From assembly GCA_029881675.1 (NCBI GenBank), contig JAOUMD010000002.1, positions 10,228 through 74,227 of the forward strand: a DNA stretch of 64,000 nt. Direction: 5' to 3'. Position 1 is the first letter of the stretch. Every line of letters begins with the position of its first letter. The notes under the pieces were generated by a model, which was given only the letters and a program-made list of their open reading frames with translations, did no database searches and had not been told where the DNA came from. This DNA is from Minisyncoccota bacterium (GTDB lineage Bacteria; Patescibacteriota; Microgenomatia; UBA1400; PJMF01). This document shows positions 28,903 to 37,953 of this stretch, one piece after another. Made by a program: the position numbers and the translations under genes.

Positions 28903-29731
28903 GGACATTATGGCCATTAATAAACCACCGGGAGTGGTTGTTAATGAAGCTAAAACTGTCAATGAGGATACTATTCAAAAGTGGTTTTGGGAAAAGCATG
29001 ATGGCTTTAAAGACATTTCCACAGCATCTGCTAAAAAAGAGTATAAAAAACTAATCCCAGAAGATTTTGATGATAGCTTTGGAACACCAGAAGAAATATT
29101 TCAAACAAGACAAGGAATAGTTCACAGATTAGATAAAGAAACCTCTGGAATATTACTTCTAGCAAAAAACCCAGGGGCTTTGGTTAACCTACTATCTCAA
29201 TTTAAAAAACGTACTACTAAGAAAAAGTACTTGTGTTTAGCGCATGCTAAGTTTGGTGCTCCTGCCGACACTATCTCATATCCAATAGCTCGTTCTACAC
29301 AAAATAGAATGAAGTTTAGAGTAGATATTGAGGGAAGAGAAGCAACTACCGCGTATAAAGCAGTAGACTTTTATGACAAGCTAGATTTAGAAAAAATAGA
29401 AAAGAGTAATTTAGAGAATAAAGAAACATTATTATTAAAGAAATATAAGAATTCATATCAAGGGTTTAGCCTAGTAGAATGTTGGCCAAAGACTGGTAGA
29501 ACTCATCAAATTAGAGTTCATATGGCCCATATTAAGCATCCATTGGTAGGGGATAAGGTATACCTTGGTAAGAAGAGAGTTAAGCTTGATCCTATCTGGT
29601 GTAAGCGTCACTTCCTTCATGCAAGTAAGATAGAGTTTACTCATCCAAAGACTGGTGAAGTTGTAGAGTTTGAAGCTGAATTACCTAATGACCTTAAAAA
29701 AGTTTTAAAGCTTTTGAAGAAGGTTGATTAA
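28874..29731 (+). CDS. rluD: RluA-family pseudouridine synthase
   Basis: Catalytic HRLDKETSGILLLAKN motif. Confidence 0.85.
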   Translation: MNIEIIYEDKDIMAINKPPGVVVNEAKTVNEDTIQKWFWEKHDGFKDISTASAKKEYKKLIPEDFDDSFGTPEEIFQTRQGIVHRLDKETSGILLLAKNPGALVNLLSQFKKRTTKKKYLCLAHAKFGAPADTISYPIARSTQNRMKFRVDIEGREATTAYKAVDFYDKLDLEKIEKSNLENKETLLLKKYKNSYQGFSLVECWPKTGRTHQIRVHMAHIKHPLVGDKVYLGKKRVKLDPIWCKRHFLHASKIEFTHPKTGEVVEFEAELPNDLKKVLKLLKKVD

Positions 29732-29808
29732 ATTTTCCTATCTGTTTAAATAATTAATTTTTTAGCTATTCTTTTGCATAGTTTGTTTTGACATGCTTTA
29801 ATGTTTTT

Positions 29809-31008
29809 ATGCCTACACAACTAGAAGGAAAAAAACTATTTGATTCAATTATTGCTGCTACAGGCTCAGAGAACAGAAGGAAGATGCTTGTAGAAATAAT
29901 GGATTGGATGGAAAAGCACGGTTTTAGTACGGATCATATTAAAGTTCATAAAACTTCACCTGACAGTGAAGCTGGAATACCAGAATCTGCTTCAATGGAA
30001 GCAGACAAAGTGGCCTGGGAAAAAACTTTAGTTGTTGCACTGGCTTTAGGATTAATAGGTAGAGAAGAAGTCTCTCAAGAACTATTAGATAAGTGGGAAA
30101 ATATCATTATCTTAGATTCTAGTGAGAAAGGTCTTAATTTGGATCAAAATGTGGCTGTCTTTGGAGGTGATGTGGTAACACTTGTCGGAAAAGATATAGA
30201 CCCAGATAGCCACTATGAAGAGCTATTAAAGTTAAGTAGAGATCTTGTGGGTGATGAAGAGCAGGATAGGGTGACAATTGAAAAGGATAAAGAAAAGATT
30301 AAAGATTTATATCGTAATCAAGATGGATTTTATGTAATGTACAAGGTCGGGATTGCATTGCTTGGGAATGACGAAGAAGGTCAGACTAGGGGAGTAACAG
30401 TAGCTTGGGATATATTTTTGAAGTTTAATCAATTACCTGAAGAGATGATTAATGATGCATATGAGGAAGGTGGGGATGCCTATTCTGTTGGCCCAAGAGT
30501 AGACCTTGCAAGTATATATGAAGATCATCGTGATGAGGATTTTGGTATTTTTGTCAGACAATCAGATTCTCCCGAAGATCTCTGGAAACCAATTGAAGTA
30601 GAGGTGATGAAAGGTCTTGTTATTGGAGGCTTGTTACCTCCACACCTGTGTCTTCAATTATTTGCTGAAATTGATCAGACAAAACCTATAAATCAAGGTA
30701 AAATAGAACCTAGAAAACCAAAAATAGATATAAGTAAAAAACCTATGCCAGAGAGATTCAGAAGCTATTTAGATAAAGTAAATATAGTAAATAATGAAGG
30801 AAGAACTACCTTAGTTTTACCTGAAATTAATGATGCTCAAGAGACAGTAGTTGAGTTAGAAGAAGACGGCAGCCTCGGAAAAATACCTGAAAGAGCAGTA
30901 TTACTTCATTTAATGAGACTAGTTGATGATGAGAATAATCAGGCCTTAGTACATTCACTGTTTGACTATATTGTTCAAAATAAGTTGCCTATTAAGCAAG
31001 AAAGTTAA
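29809..31008 (+). CDS. hypothetical protein, paralog A (ORF-track 29788 TTG start probably spurious)
   Basis: Residues 1-300 align with ORF 31326..32276 (IIAATGS, VFGGDVVT, MKGLVIGGLLPPHLCLQLF versus MKGLVVGGLLPPHMCLDLF); extra ~100 aa C-terminal tail. Confidence 0.5.
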   Translation: MPTQLEGKKLFDSIIAATGSENRRKMLVEIMDWMEKHGFSTDHIKVHKTSPDSEAGIPESASMEADKVAWEKTLVVALALGLIGREEVSQELLDKWENIIILDSSEKGLNLDQNVAVFGGDVVTLVGKDIDPDSHYEELLKLSRDLVGDEEQDRVTIEKDKEKIKDLYRNQDGFYVMYKVGIALLGNDEEGQTRGVTVAWDIFLKFNQLPEEMINDAYEEGGDAYSVGPRVDLASIYEDHRDEDFGIFVRQSDSPEDLWKPIEVEVMKGLVIGGLLPPHLCLQLFAEIDQTKPINQGKIEPRKPKIDISKKPMPERFRSYLDKVNIVNNEGRTTLVLPEINDAQETVVELEEDGSLGKIPERAVLLHLMRLVDDENNQALVHSLFDYIVQNKLPIKQES

Positions 31009-31106
31009 AGAAACTATAAACCCATAGTTTAGTAATTGACAACTATATTTAAATATTGTCTAATGCTTGAATACACAGACGTTAGAAGCGAAGCACCAAT
31101 TAATTG

Positions 31107-31158
31107 TTCTTTGCTCCCAAGATACCGAACCTAGAGATAGGGGGAAAACCAAGTGAGT
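31107..31158 (+). repeat. 52-nt leader motif copy 1 (TTCTTTGCTCCCAAGATACCGAACCTAGAGATAGGGGGAAAACCAAGTGAGT), followed by AAAAATAATTAAAGGTGTTTTTTTATTATTT hairpin
   Basis: Direct repeat, four copies in this window. Confidence 0.7.
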
Positions 31159-31229
31159 AAAAATAATTAAAGGTGTTTTTTTATTATTTAGCGTTAAAAA
31201 TTATGAACAGTGAAGATGCCTCTTTGTGC

Positions 31230-31281
31230 TTCTTTGCTCCCAAGATACCGAACCTAGAGATAGGGGGAAAACCAAGTGAGT
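31230..31281 (+). repeat. 52-nt leader motif copy 2 (identical to copy 1), followed by GAGAAGCTTAAGGAGG RBS
   Basis: Direct repeat. Confidence 0.7.
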
Positions 31282-31325
31282 GAGAAGCTTAAGGAGGTAT
31301 TTTTTATTAATTATTAGGTAAATAG

Positions 31326-32276
31326 ATGATGTTAAACCCAAGAGAGAAAATGCCACATTTAATGATTGCAGCTACGGGATCTAGCAGAAGGGTAGCAAAG
31401 ATGGTCGAAATGCTAGATTACTTTGAAGAGCATGGTTATAGCCCACATCATATTAGATATGGGAGTCTTTCTCCTGATGATGAAGCAAATGTAAATGAGT
31501 CTGATTCCTCGAATGCAGGAGAAGTAGCATTTCAGAAAGTATTAGCAGTGGCCTTATCCTTGGGTATTATTAAAGATGAGGAAGTAGAAGAAGATTTATT
31601 ATTACAGTGGAAAGATATTAACAGAATTAATCCCCAGGAAAAAGAAGTTGATTTGCGTGAGCGTGTTTGTGTTTTTGGTGGAGACGTTGTTACTTCAGTT
31701 AGTGCAAAAAATGGTAGAGAAGAAGATTACAGAGAGTTGTTAAAGTTAACAAGAGACCTATCTGGTGAAGAAGAATATACAGATGGAGATATTGCTATTA
31801 TTGAGAAAGATAAGGCAGGAATAGTAGAACTTTATACCAGTCCTGAAGGCTTTTTTGTAAAATATAACATTGGATTAGCTTTGCTAAGTAATTGTGAAGA
31901 ATTTAAAACAAAAGGCTTGATAGTCTCTTGGGAGATACTTTTAAAACTGAGACCATTTCCTTTAGAAATGGTTGAAGCTGCCTACGAACAAGAAGGGAGT
32001 GCATTTAAAGTAGGTCCAAGGTTAGATTTAGCAAGTTTGGCTAAAGATTATCTTGACGAAGACTTTGGAATTATAGTTAGAGAAGAAGGTAAATCAGAGG
32101 CTCAATGGTTGCCAGTAGAATTTCAAGTTATGAAGGGTCTTGTCGTAGGAGGACTATTACCACCACATATGTGTCTAGATCTTTTTGCAAACTTAAATGA
32201 AGTTAATCCCTCTAGTGGGGAAGTGGTAAAGCCTTTAAAGGCAGAGATAAAAATTAGTTCTGTAGGAGTCCTATAA
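31326..32276 (+). CDS. hypothetical protein, paralog B
   Basis: Paralog of 29809..31008; strong RBS. Confidence 0.5.
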   Translation: MMLNPREKMPHLMIAATGSSRRVAKMVEMLDYFEEHGYSPHHIRYGSLSPDDEANVNESDSSNAGEVAFQKVLAVALSLGIIKDEEVEEDLLLQWKDINRINPQEKEVDLRERVCVFGGDVVTSVSAKNGREEDYRELLKLTRDLSGEEEYTDGDIAIIEKDKAGIVELYTSPEGFFVKYNIGLALLSNCEEFKTKGLIVSWEILLKLRPFPLEMVEAAYEQEGSAFKVGPRLDLASLAKDYLDEDFGIIVREEGKSEAQWLPVEFQVMKGLVVGGLLPPHMCLDLFANLNEVNPSSGEVVKPLKAEIKISSVGVL

Positions 32277-32355
32277 TTTACTAATTGACATTTGTTTGTA
32301 AATATTGTTTAATACCCAAATACACAGAAGTTAAGTAGCAAAAGCACTAAAAAAG

Positions 32356-32408
32356 TTTTTGCTCCCAAGACACCGAACCTAGAATGCTAGGGGGAAAACC
32401 AAGCGAGT
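32356..32408 (+). repeat. leader motif copy 3 (variant: GCTCCCAAGACACCGAACCTAGAATGCTAGGGGGAAAACCAAGCGAGT) + same A/T hairpin
   Basis: Direct repeat. Confidence 0.7.
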
Positions 32409-32484
32409 AAAAATAATAAAGGTGTTTTTTTTATTATTTAACAACAAGTATTAGTAAAAGAGACAGCAGAGTTACCTTCAAAGG

Positions 32485-32536
32485 TTCTTTGCTCCCAAGA
32501 TACCGAACCTAGAAATAGGGGGAAAACCAAGTGAGC
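32485..32536 (+). repeat. leader motif copy 4 + RBS
   Basis: Direct repeat. Confidence 0.7.
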
Positions 32537-32572
32537 AAGAAGCTTAGAGGTATTTTTTTTATTTGAAAAATT

Positions 32573-33337
32573 ATGGAAATATTTAATAAAAAACATTTAG
32601 CAAGTATTATTGCAGATAAGCGTACTGTTTATCCTAACTCTACCAGTGCCCAAAAGGCTGAAGGTTTGCAAATGGTCTTAAATGAAGCTTTTGGACAAGG
32701 TTCAGTTGCGGTTGAAGTAGTTAGAGCTCTAGCAGCAGACTATGAAGAAACAGATCTTCCCAATGCTAGAGAAGTAGCAACACAAAAATCAGTCTATTTC
32801 CAAGAACAATTAGGTGCAGGAACTGTTACAGCAGGGGCTGATACAGTTTTTAGAATTAAAAAAGATGGAAAATGGGTTAATTTATCTAAATTAGAAAGAT
32901 TAGGAAGAGAGCTAACACAGCAAGAAACAATGGCTCAATATGAATCATTGTTTAATGTTCTTTGTAATCCAGAAAATGGAGTAGGGGAGATGATGTGGGA
33001 TGTTTCTTTAGCTATCACCAATGGTGGAACTGATACATTTAATGAAAGAATCTATATTCAGTATGAGCCAATCGATAAAGAATTATTTGAAGGTTTCTTT
33101 TGGGAAGCTGTGGACAGTGGCATGATTTATAAATCAAATTCTAGAATGGCAATGGTAGAAATGTTAGCAGTGTCAGGAGCTGTAAAGAATATGGCCTTTT
33201 TAGGCAAAGGGGGAGAGTTAAAGAGAATGTCTAGAGAACCAAATAAAGAGTTATTACAATTAGCTATTACCGATGTTGTTACCACTATGCCTACTGCATA
33301 TTTGAATGGATTAACAATGGATAATAGGGTTTTCTAA
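32573..33337 (+). CDS. hypothetical protein C (254 aa), unrelated to A/B but carries the same leader cassette
   Basis: ORF only. Confidence 0.45.
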   Translation: MEIFNKKHLASIIADKRTVYPNSTSAQKAEGLQMVLNEAFGQGSVAVEVVRALAADYEETDLPNAREVATQKSVYFQEQLGAGTVTAGADTVFRIKKDGKWVNLSKLERLGRELTQQETMAQYESLFNVLCNPENGVGEMMWDVSLAITNGGTDTFNERIYIQYEPIDKELFEGFFWEAVDSGMIYKSNSRMAMVEMLAVSGAVKNMAFLGKGGELKRMSREPNKELLQLAITDVVTTMPTAYLNGLTMDNRVF

Positions 33338-33368
33338 ATAAACAATTTATATTAATAAGTAAATAAAA

Positions 33369-33400
33369 ATCCGCTACTTTAGAAGAAGCGGATCTTTTTG
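33369..33400. terminator. bidirectional intrinsic terminator
   Basis: ATCCGCT-(11 nt)-AGCGGAT stem flanked by A5 and T5 runs. Confidence 0.6.
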
Positions 33401-33407
33401 TTGATTG

Positions 33408-33692
33408 TCATTGTTTTTGGTTTTTAGACCATTGCCAATGACGGTATTGACTACGGTGTCCCATGATTAACCATGGAACCCGCCTTATCAGATAGTAGGC
33501 AAATAATACTACAGCACACCATGCTACTTCTTCTGGACCCAACCGAACGGTAAAAGTCCATTCAAAGGATTTTTCATCGATGTCCATCCTGATTGCAAGT
33601 GCTCCCAGAACAGGTATGACGAAAAATAACAAGTGTTGCCATAGAGCCATTTTAACTTTGACTACCATAGGCTCTTTGTTTGGATCTTCCAT
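33408..33692 (-). CDS. small membrane protein (94 aa, 2 TM, Trp/Arg-rich tail)
   Basis: Strong RBS AGGAGG 8 nt before ATG; GC-richer than surroundings. Confidence 0.45.
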   Translation of the reverse strand: MEDPNKEPMVVKVKMALWQHLLFFVIPVLGALAIRMDIDEKSFEWTFTVRLGPEEVAWCAVVLFAYYLIRRVPWLIMGHRSQYRHWQWSKNQKQ

Positions 33693-33713
33693 TTGTATGT
33701 TTCCTCCTATTTG

Positions 33714-33949
33714 TTAATGTTTCGTTTGTATTGTGCTACACGAAACATTCCCATTAGGCAAAAAACAATGGTAGGAATTCTTTTGTAGAGGTAAAACATC
33801 ACCCCTAAGACAATTCCGACACCAAGCTAAAAGAGAGAATACTTGACCACCAGAGCGGCCAATACGCAGATGATAGCTGTGTAATACAGTTGCCACCGGG
33901 CAGTCTTATATCCAAAGAGCATCAGTTTTGGTTGTGTATCATCGTTCAT
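33714..33949 (-). pseudogene. small membrane protein ORF interrupted by in-frame TAG (MNDDTQPKLMLFGYKTARWQLYYTAIICVLAALVVKYSLF*LGVGIVLGVMFYLYKRIPTIVFCLMGMFRVAQYKRNINK*)
   Basis: Hand translation of the minus strand; the ORF-track ORF 33714..33896 is in a different frame and looks spurious. Confidence 0.3.
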
Positions 33950-34207
33950 AGGTTTTTACACCCCTTTCATGAAATAGTGATTAAACACGGCCAAGGTTAG
34001 ATATTATAGGATTAAATACTGGTTAAGTCAATTAATTTAAACAATATTTAATAATTTGAAGTGATATACTACTTCTATGCATAAATCATCAATTCCCCAC
34101 AAGCTTGCATATTCCACACTCTAATTTGAGTTTTGTTTTTTGGTTACTACAGATTAAGTAGTGACTGTTATATTTATTTAATTGTTATTTTTAATTTAAG
34201 GATTTAT

Positions 34208-35524
34208 ATGTCACAAGATATTGTTTTTACACTTATCAAAAAAGAAGAAAAGCGCCAGAAAGAAATGATTGGATTAATTCCATCAGAGAATACTGTCTCT
34301 CCAGAAGTATCTAAAGTTCTTTCTAGCTGTCTTTCTAACAAGTATTCAGAAGGGTTCCCTCACCATCGTTACTATGAAGGTAATCAGATCATTGATCAGA
34401 TAGAGGATTTAGCAAGAGATCGTATTAAAGAGCTATTTAAGGTCCCATATGTTAATGTTCAACCATATTCTGGTTCTCCGGCTAATACCGCCATTTACTT
34501 TGCTTTAATGCAGCCAGGAGATACATTACTGGGTCTCAAGTTAACTAAAGGAGGACATTTAACACATGGTCATCCTAAAGTAACAATGTCAGGCCGTTTT
34601 TATAACCCAGTTCAATATGGATTGGATGCTAAGGACAGAGTAGATTTTGCAGAAGTTAGAAAGCTAGCTTTGGAGCATAAACCAAAGGTGATTGTTGCTG
34701 GTAATACTGCTTATCCATTTGAGTTAGATTTTAAGAAGTTTAGAGAAATTGCTGATGAAGTAGGGGCATGGCTAGTGGCTGATATTTCTCATGTGACTGG
34801 TTTAGTAATTGGAGGAGAACATATGTCTCCAGTCCCATATGCTGATGTGATCATGAGTACTACTCACAAGACTTTCAGAGGTCCAAGAGGAGCGATGATT
34901 TTAGTTACAGATAAAGGAATGGAAAGAAATCCTAAGTTAGGAAACAAAATTGACTCTGCCATTATTCCAGGTAATCAAGGTGGTCCACACAATGCTACAA
35001 CTGCAGCGATTGCTATTGCAGCAGAGGAGGCAAGTAGACCAGAGTTCCAAGGTTATATAAAACAGGTTAGAAAAAATGCAGATACCTTATCTAAAGCTCT
35101 ACAAGCTAAAGGTTTAGATTTGGTCGGGGGTGGAACAGAAACTCATCTGATGCTTTTAGACTTATCTAAAGTTGGCTATGGATTGGGTAAACAAGTTGCT
35201 TTTGCTATGGACGCTGCTGGTATTTATGCCAATGCAAACACGGTACCAAGCGAAGTAGTCTCACCTTTCTATCCTTCTGGAGTCAGAATTGGAACACCTC
35301 TTGTTACATCTAGAGGAATGAAAGAAAAAGAGATGGAAATGATTGCTTCCTGGATTGCAAAAGTAGTAGAAATTGTCAAAGAAGAAGAGCTACCAAAGGA
35401 CAAAACAAAACGGGCTAGTTTTATTTTGGAATTTGAAAAAAGAGCCTTAAAGAATAAAGAGCTAAAAGCAATTAGAAAAGAAGTTAAAGCATTAACTAAG
35501 ACCTTCCCATTGTTTACTTGGTAA
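34208..35524 (+). CDS. glyA: serine hydroxymethyltransferase
   Basis: SHMT N-terminus (EMIGLIPSENTVSPEV), PLP-lysine region TTHKTFRGPRGA; true start ATG 34208 (MSQDIV), the ORF-track 34133 extension is spurious. Confidence 0.9.
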   Translation: MSQDIVFTLIKKEEKRQKEMIGLIPSENTVSPEVSKVLSSCLSNKYSEGFPHHRYYEGNQIIDQIEDLARDRIKELFKVPYVNVQPYSGSPANTAIYFALMQPGDTLLGLKLTKGGHLTHGHPKVTMSGRFYNPVQYGLDAKDRVDFAEVRKLALEHKPKVIVAGNTAYPFELDFKKFREIADEVGAWLVADISHVTGLVIGGEHMSPVPYADVIMSTTHKTFRGPRGAMILVTDKGMERNPKLGNKIDSAIIPGNQGGPHNATTAAIAIAAEEASRPEFQGYIKQVRKNADTLSKALQAKGLDLVGGGTETHLMLLDLSKVGYGLGKQVAFAMDAAGIYANANTVPSEVVSPFYPSGVRIGTPLVTSRGMKEKEMEMIASWIAKVVEIVKEEELPKDKTKRASFILEFEKRALKNKELKAIRKEVKALTKTFPLFTW

Positions 35525-35543
35525 ATTCAATTTAGAAATTATT

Positions 35544-36032
35544 GTGAATTTACGTAGTAAGGCAGAGGTCTTTGCCACTGATTATAGTGGTGTCAAATAT
35601 CAGTATGAGATTGGTCCTGTCTCTGAGGCAGCTCCTAATTGGTTTGTTGAAGGTCTCAATTGCCAGCTTTTAATCCATCTAGCATATAAAGAATTTTTTG
35701 AAGTTACTTTGCCTCAATTTTTGCGGTCTAGTGAGATGTTTGCTGATAGTGAATGGTTTTCAGAAAAAGGTTTAAATGAAATAGAAGAAGGGGATATAAT
35801 ATTTATGGGTCCGAGTTTTCTATCACCCAAAAGAGATCCTAATGATGAGGATGCAAAAAAATTACATATAGCTATGGTAACAAGCGTTGGTTTAAGAAAT
35901 GAAATAGAGATAATTCATGCTCGGCATAATAAAGGAATTATTATTGAGTCACTTGAGTATGTTCAAAAGGTAAAATGGCCACATAAGAAACCATATGAAA
36001 AGGTTTTTGGAATAAAGGGGATAAGACTTTAG
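35544..36032 (+). CDS. hypothetical protein; Cys...His...His spacing compatible with a papain-like (NlpC/P60-type) fold, weak
   Basis: ORF; C40, H106, H126/H128. Confidence 0.3.
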   Translation: MNLRSKAEVFATDYSGVKYQYEIGPVSEAAPNWFVEGLNCQLLIHLAYKEFFEVTLPQFLRSSEMFADSEWFSEKGLNEIEEGDIIFMGPSFLSPKRDPNDEDAKKLHIAMVTSVGLRNEIEIIHARHNKGIIIESLEYVQKVKWPHKKPYEKVFGIKGIRL

Positions 36033-36754
36033 GTTAGGTTTAAGTTTTTAGCTTCAATCACAGTTAGGCCATTAACTTTTTCTAGTCTAATTTCTTTACC
36101 TTTTCTAAAGAGTGTAACTTCAAATTTAAGTTCTTCTAGAGTTCTGACCATTTTTTGGATATTTTGTCCTTGGTGAGGGTGGAATTCACAGTTAATAAAT
36201 TTAACTTTTTCTCTAAGTTGTTTTCTACCCTGAGTTAAAACAGCTTGCTCTGCACCTTCAATGTCCATTTTTAATAAATCAATATATTGAGCATCAAATT
36301 GAGTTAAAGCTTGCTCAATGAAATATGAGAGAGGTTTTGTTGCTACTGTGATAGGTATAGTATTTTGAGTTCCAGTCCAATTACCTTCAACTACACTGGC
36401 AGTGGAGTGCCAGTTATTCTCTGCATCAGTATGAAGTTCAATATCATTAGTCTTATTTGAGACTGCAAAAGGGTAGGTGAAAACATCGGTAATATTATTT
36501 TCAAATACATTCATATCTAATAATTTATAGTTTCCTGGTATCGGTTCAATGGCAATTATTTTTGATCCAGGATACATCTTTTTGAAGTAGAGAACAGATA
36601 ATCCAATGTTTGCTCCAGCATCAATGATGACAGGGGATGGGTTATCTGTTTCAAATTCATATGAGTTTTCAGCAAAGACATCTCTCTTTAAAGAATGATA
36701 TTCTTCTGAGTTTTCATAATAGACGATGTAGTTTCCAAGTTTTGTTTTTTCCAT
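36029..36754 (-). CDS. FkbM-family SAM-dependent methyltransferase
   Basis: IDAGANIGLSVLYF...IAIEP motif I / FkbM domain. Confidence 0.75.
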   Translation of the reverse strand: MEKTKLGNYIVYYENSEEYHSLKRDVFAENSYEFETDNPSPVIIDAGANIGLSVLYFKKMYPGSKIIAIEPIPGNYKLLDMNVFENNITDVFTYPFAVSNKTNDIELHTDAENNWHSTASVVEGNWTGTQNTIPITVATKPLSYFIEQALTQFDAQYIDLLKMDIEGAEQAVLTQGRKQLREKVKFINCEFHPHQGQNIQKMVRTLEELKFEVTLFRKGKEIRLEKVNGLTVIEAKNLNLT

Positions 36755-36803
36755 ATTTGGGTTAAGTTATTATAAAGCAGTAATAGAAATAAAGGTAAAT
36801 GAT

Positions 36804-37670
36804 ATGTCACAACTAATTGGAGCCCATGTTTCAACAGCAGGAGGAACCGAAAAAGCCATGAAAAGAGCCTCAGATATTGGGGCGAATGCAATCCAAATCT
36901 TTTCGGGTTCTCCTCGGTTTTGGAAGAGGAAGAAACTGAGTGAAATCCCTACAGACAAATTGTTTTCAGAACAAAAACAATATGCTGTTAAAGAAATCTA
37001 TATTCATGCGCTCTATTTGGCAAATTTAGCAACGGACAAACCAGAATTAGTAGAAAAATCTGTTAATGCATTGAAGTATGATTTGTCATTTTCTAGTCAC
37101 ATAAAGGCGAAGGGGGTCATAGTGCATGTAGGTAGTCACCAAGGTCGTGGTTGGGAATCTGTTCGGAATGATGTGGCAAATAGAATCAAAGAAATTTTGG
37201 ATGATACTCCAAAAGACTCAATCTTCTTAATTGAAAACTCAGCAGGACAAAAGGGAAAGGTAAATAGTGATCTGAGTGAGATTAGATGGTTAATTGACAC
37301 AGTTGGTAGTAAGAGATTGAAATGGTGTTTGGATACTTGTCATGGTTTTAGTGCTGGATACGCTTTGTCAAAAGATCAACAAAAGAAATATAAAGAAACA
37401 AGTAATGGTTTAATTACTGATGAAATTACTAAATATAAATTATGGAATGATTTGGTAGTGATTCATGTCAATGATAGCAAAGGTAAGTTTGATGGGGGAA
37501 CAGATAGGCATGAAAACTTAGGTGAAGGAAATATAACAAGTGAAGCATTTAAAGAATTTTTATCTCACCCACAAGTAAAGAAAAAGCCATTGCTATTAGA
37601 AGTCCCAGGATTAGCTGGTAATGGGCCTGATAGTGAGAATATTGAGAGATTACAAGAGTTAGTAAAGTAA
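36804..37670 (+). CDS. nfo: endonuclease IV (AP endonuclease family 2)
   Basis: IGAHVSTAGG...AIQIF N-terminus, TIM-barrel xylose-isomerase-like signature with His/Asp/Glu ligands. Confidence 0.85.
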   Translation: MSQLIGAHVSTAGGTEKAMKRASDIGANAIQIFSGSPRFWKRKKLSEIPTDKLFSEQKQYAVKEIYIHALYLANLATDKPELVEKSVNALKYDLSFSSHIKAKGVIVHVGSHQGRGWESVRNDVANRIKEILDDTPKDSIFLIENSAGQKGKVNSDLSEIRWLIDTVGSKRLKWCLDTCHGFSAGYALSKDQQKKYKETSNGLITDEITKYKLWNDLVVIHVNDSKGKFDGGTDRHENLGEGNITSEAFKEFLSHPQVKKKPLLLEVPGLAGNGPDSENIERLQELVK

Positions 37671-37671
37671 G

Positions 37672-37953
37672 CTAGTTTTGTGACTGATTTTGGATTAGGT
37701 AGTCAACATTTGGATTCATCATTCTAATTTTTTTGTATTTATACTTACTACCTTCCACAACAAATGTTTTACCATAACTTAGTCCCATTAAACTGAAAGC
37801 ATCGATTATAATATCTGGACTAACCCCTGTTTCCATCAAGGCTGAGATAGCTAATAAGGTAGGGTCGTACTGTGTTTCATATCTAGTTGTAGCGTGAGCA
37901 CTATATAGAATATCTTTTATTTCATTTGGAGTGTATGTTTTTGTTTCTTGCAT
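37672..37953 (-). CDS. hypothetical protein
   Basis: ORF only. Confidence 0.35.
   Translation of the reverse strand: MQETKTYTPNEIKDILYSAHATTRYETQYDPTLLAISALMETGVSPDIIIDAFSLMGLSYGKTFVVEGSKYKYKKIRMMNPNVDYLIQNQSQN

Larger units (their letters stand above)
31036..31320 (+). promoter_or_regulatory. conserved leader cassette 1: promoter + two copies of a 52-nt motif (first with A/T hairpin, second fused to RBS)
   Basis: TTGACA(31036)-17 nt-TCTAAT; motif copies at 31107..31158 and 31230..31281; AAGGAGG RBS; an almost identical cassette recurs at 32285..32572. Confidence 0.55.
32285..32572 (+). promoter_or_regulatory. conserved leader cassette 2 (same architecture as cassette 1)
   Basis: TTGACA(32285)-17 nt-TTTAAT; motif copies at 32356..32408 and 32485..32536; RBS AGAGG before ATG 32573. 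Confidence 0.55.

Noticed and set aside
29788-29808. ORF-track start of paralog A at TTG 29788 (MTCFNVF)
   Set aside because: TTGACA there is more plausibly non-coding. Alignment with paralog B supports a start at ATG 29809.
31107-32536. Considered whether the four ~52-nt direct repeats form a CRISPR array
   Set aside because: There are only two copies per locus, with irregular spacing (~70-80 nt). The 'spacers' themselves are partly conserved between loci (shared A/T hairpin). Each pair is embedded in a conserved promoter/RBS cassette directly upstream of a start codon, and there are no cas genes. This does not fit CRISPR architecture.
33714-33896. ORF-track minus-strand ORF MATVLHSYHLRIGRSGG...
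   Set aside because: A different frame of the same DNA gives a coherent hydrophobic membrane-protein translation starting at ATG 33949. The listed ORF has no RBS and an implausible composition.
33714-33953. Possible genome-wide stop-codon reassignment (in-frame TAG in a membrane protein ORF)
   Set aside because: TAG, TGA and TAA all terminate well-conserved housekeeping genes in this window at the expected positions (tmk and recR TAG; NUDIX 12353 TGA; cysS TAA). The amber codon is therefore a local nonsense or readthrough event, not an alternative genetic code.
34133-34207. ORF-track N-terminal extension of glyA (MFFGYYRLSSDCYIYLIVIFNLRIY)
   Set aside because: The extension is AT-rich low-complexity translated promoter sequence. 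The conserved SHMT N-terminus begins at ATG 34208 (MSQDIVFTL...).
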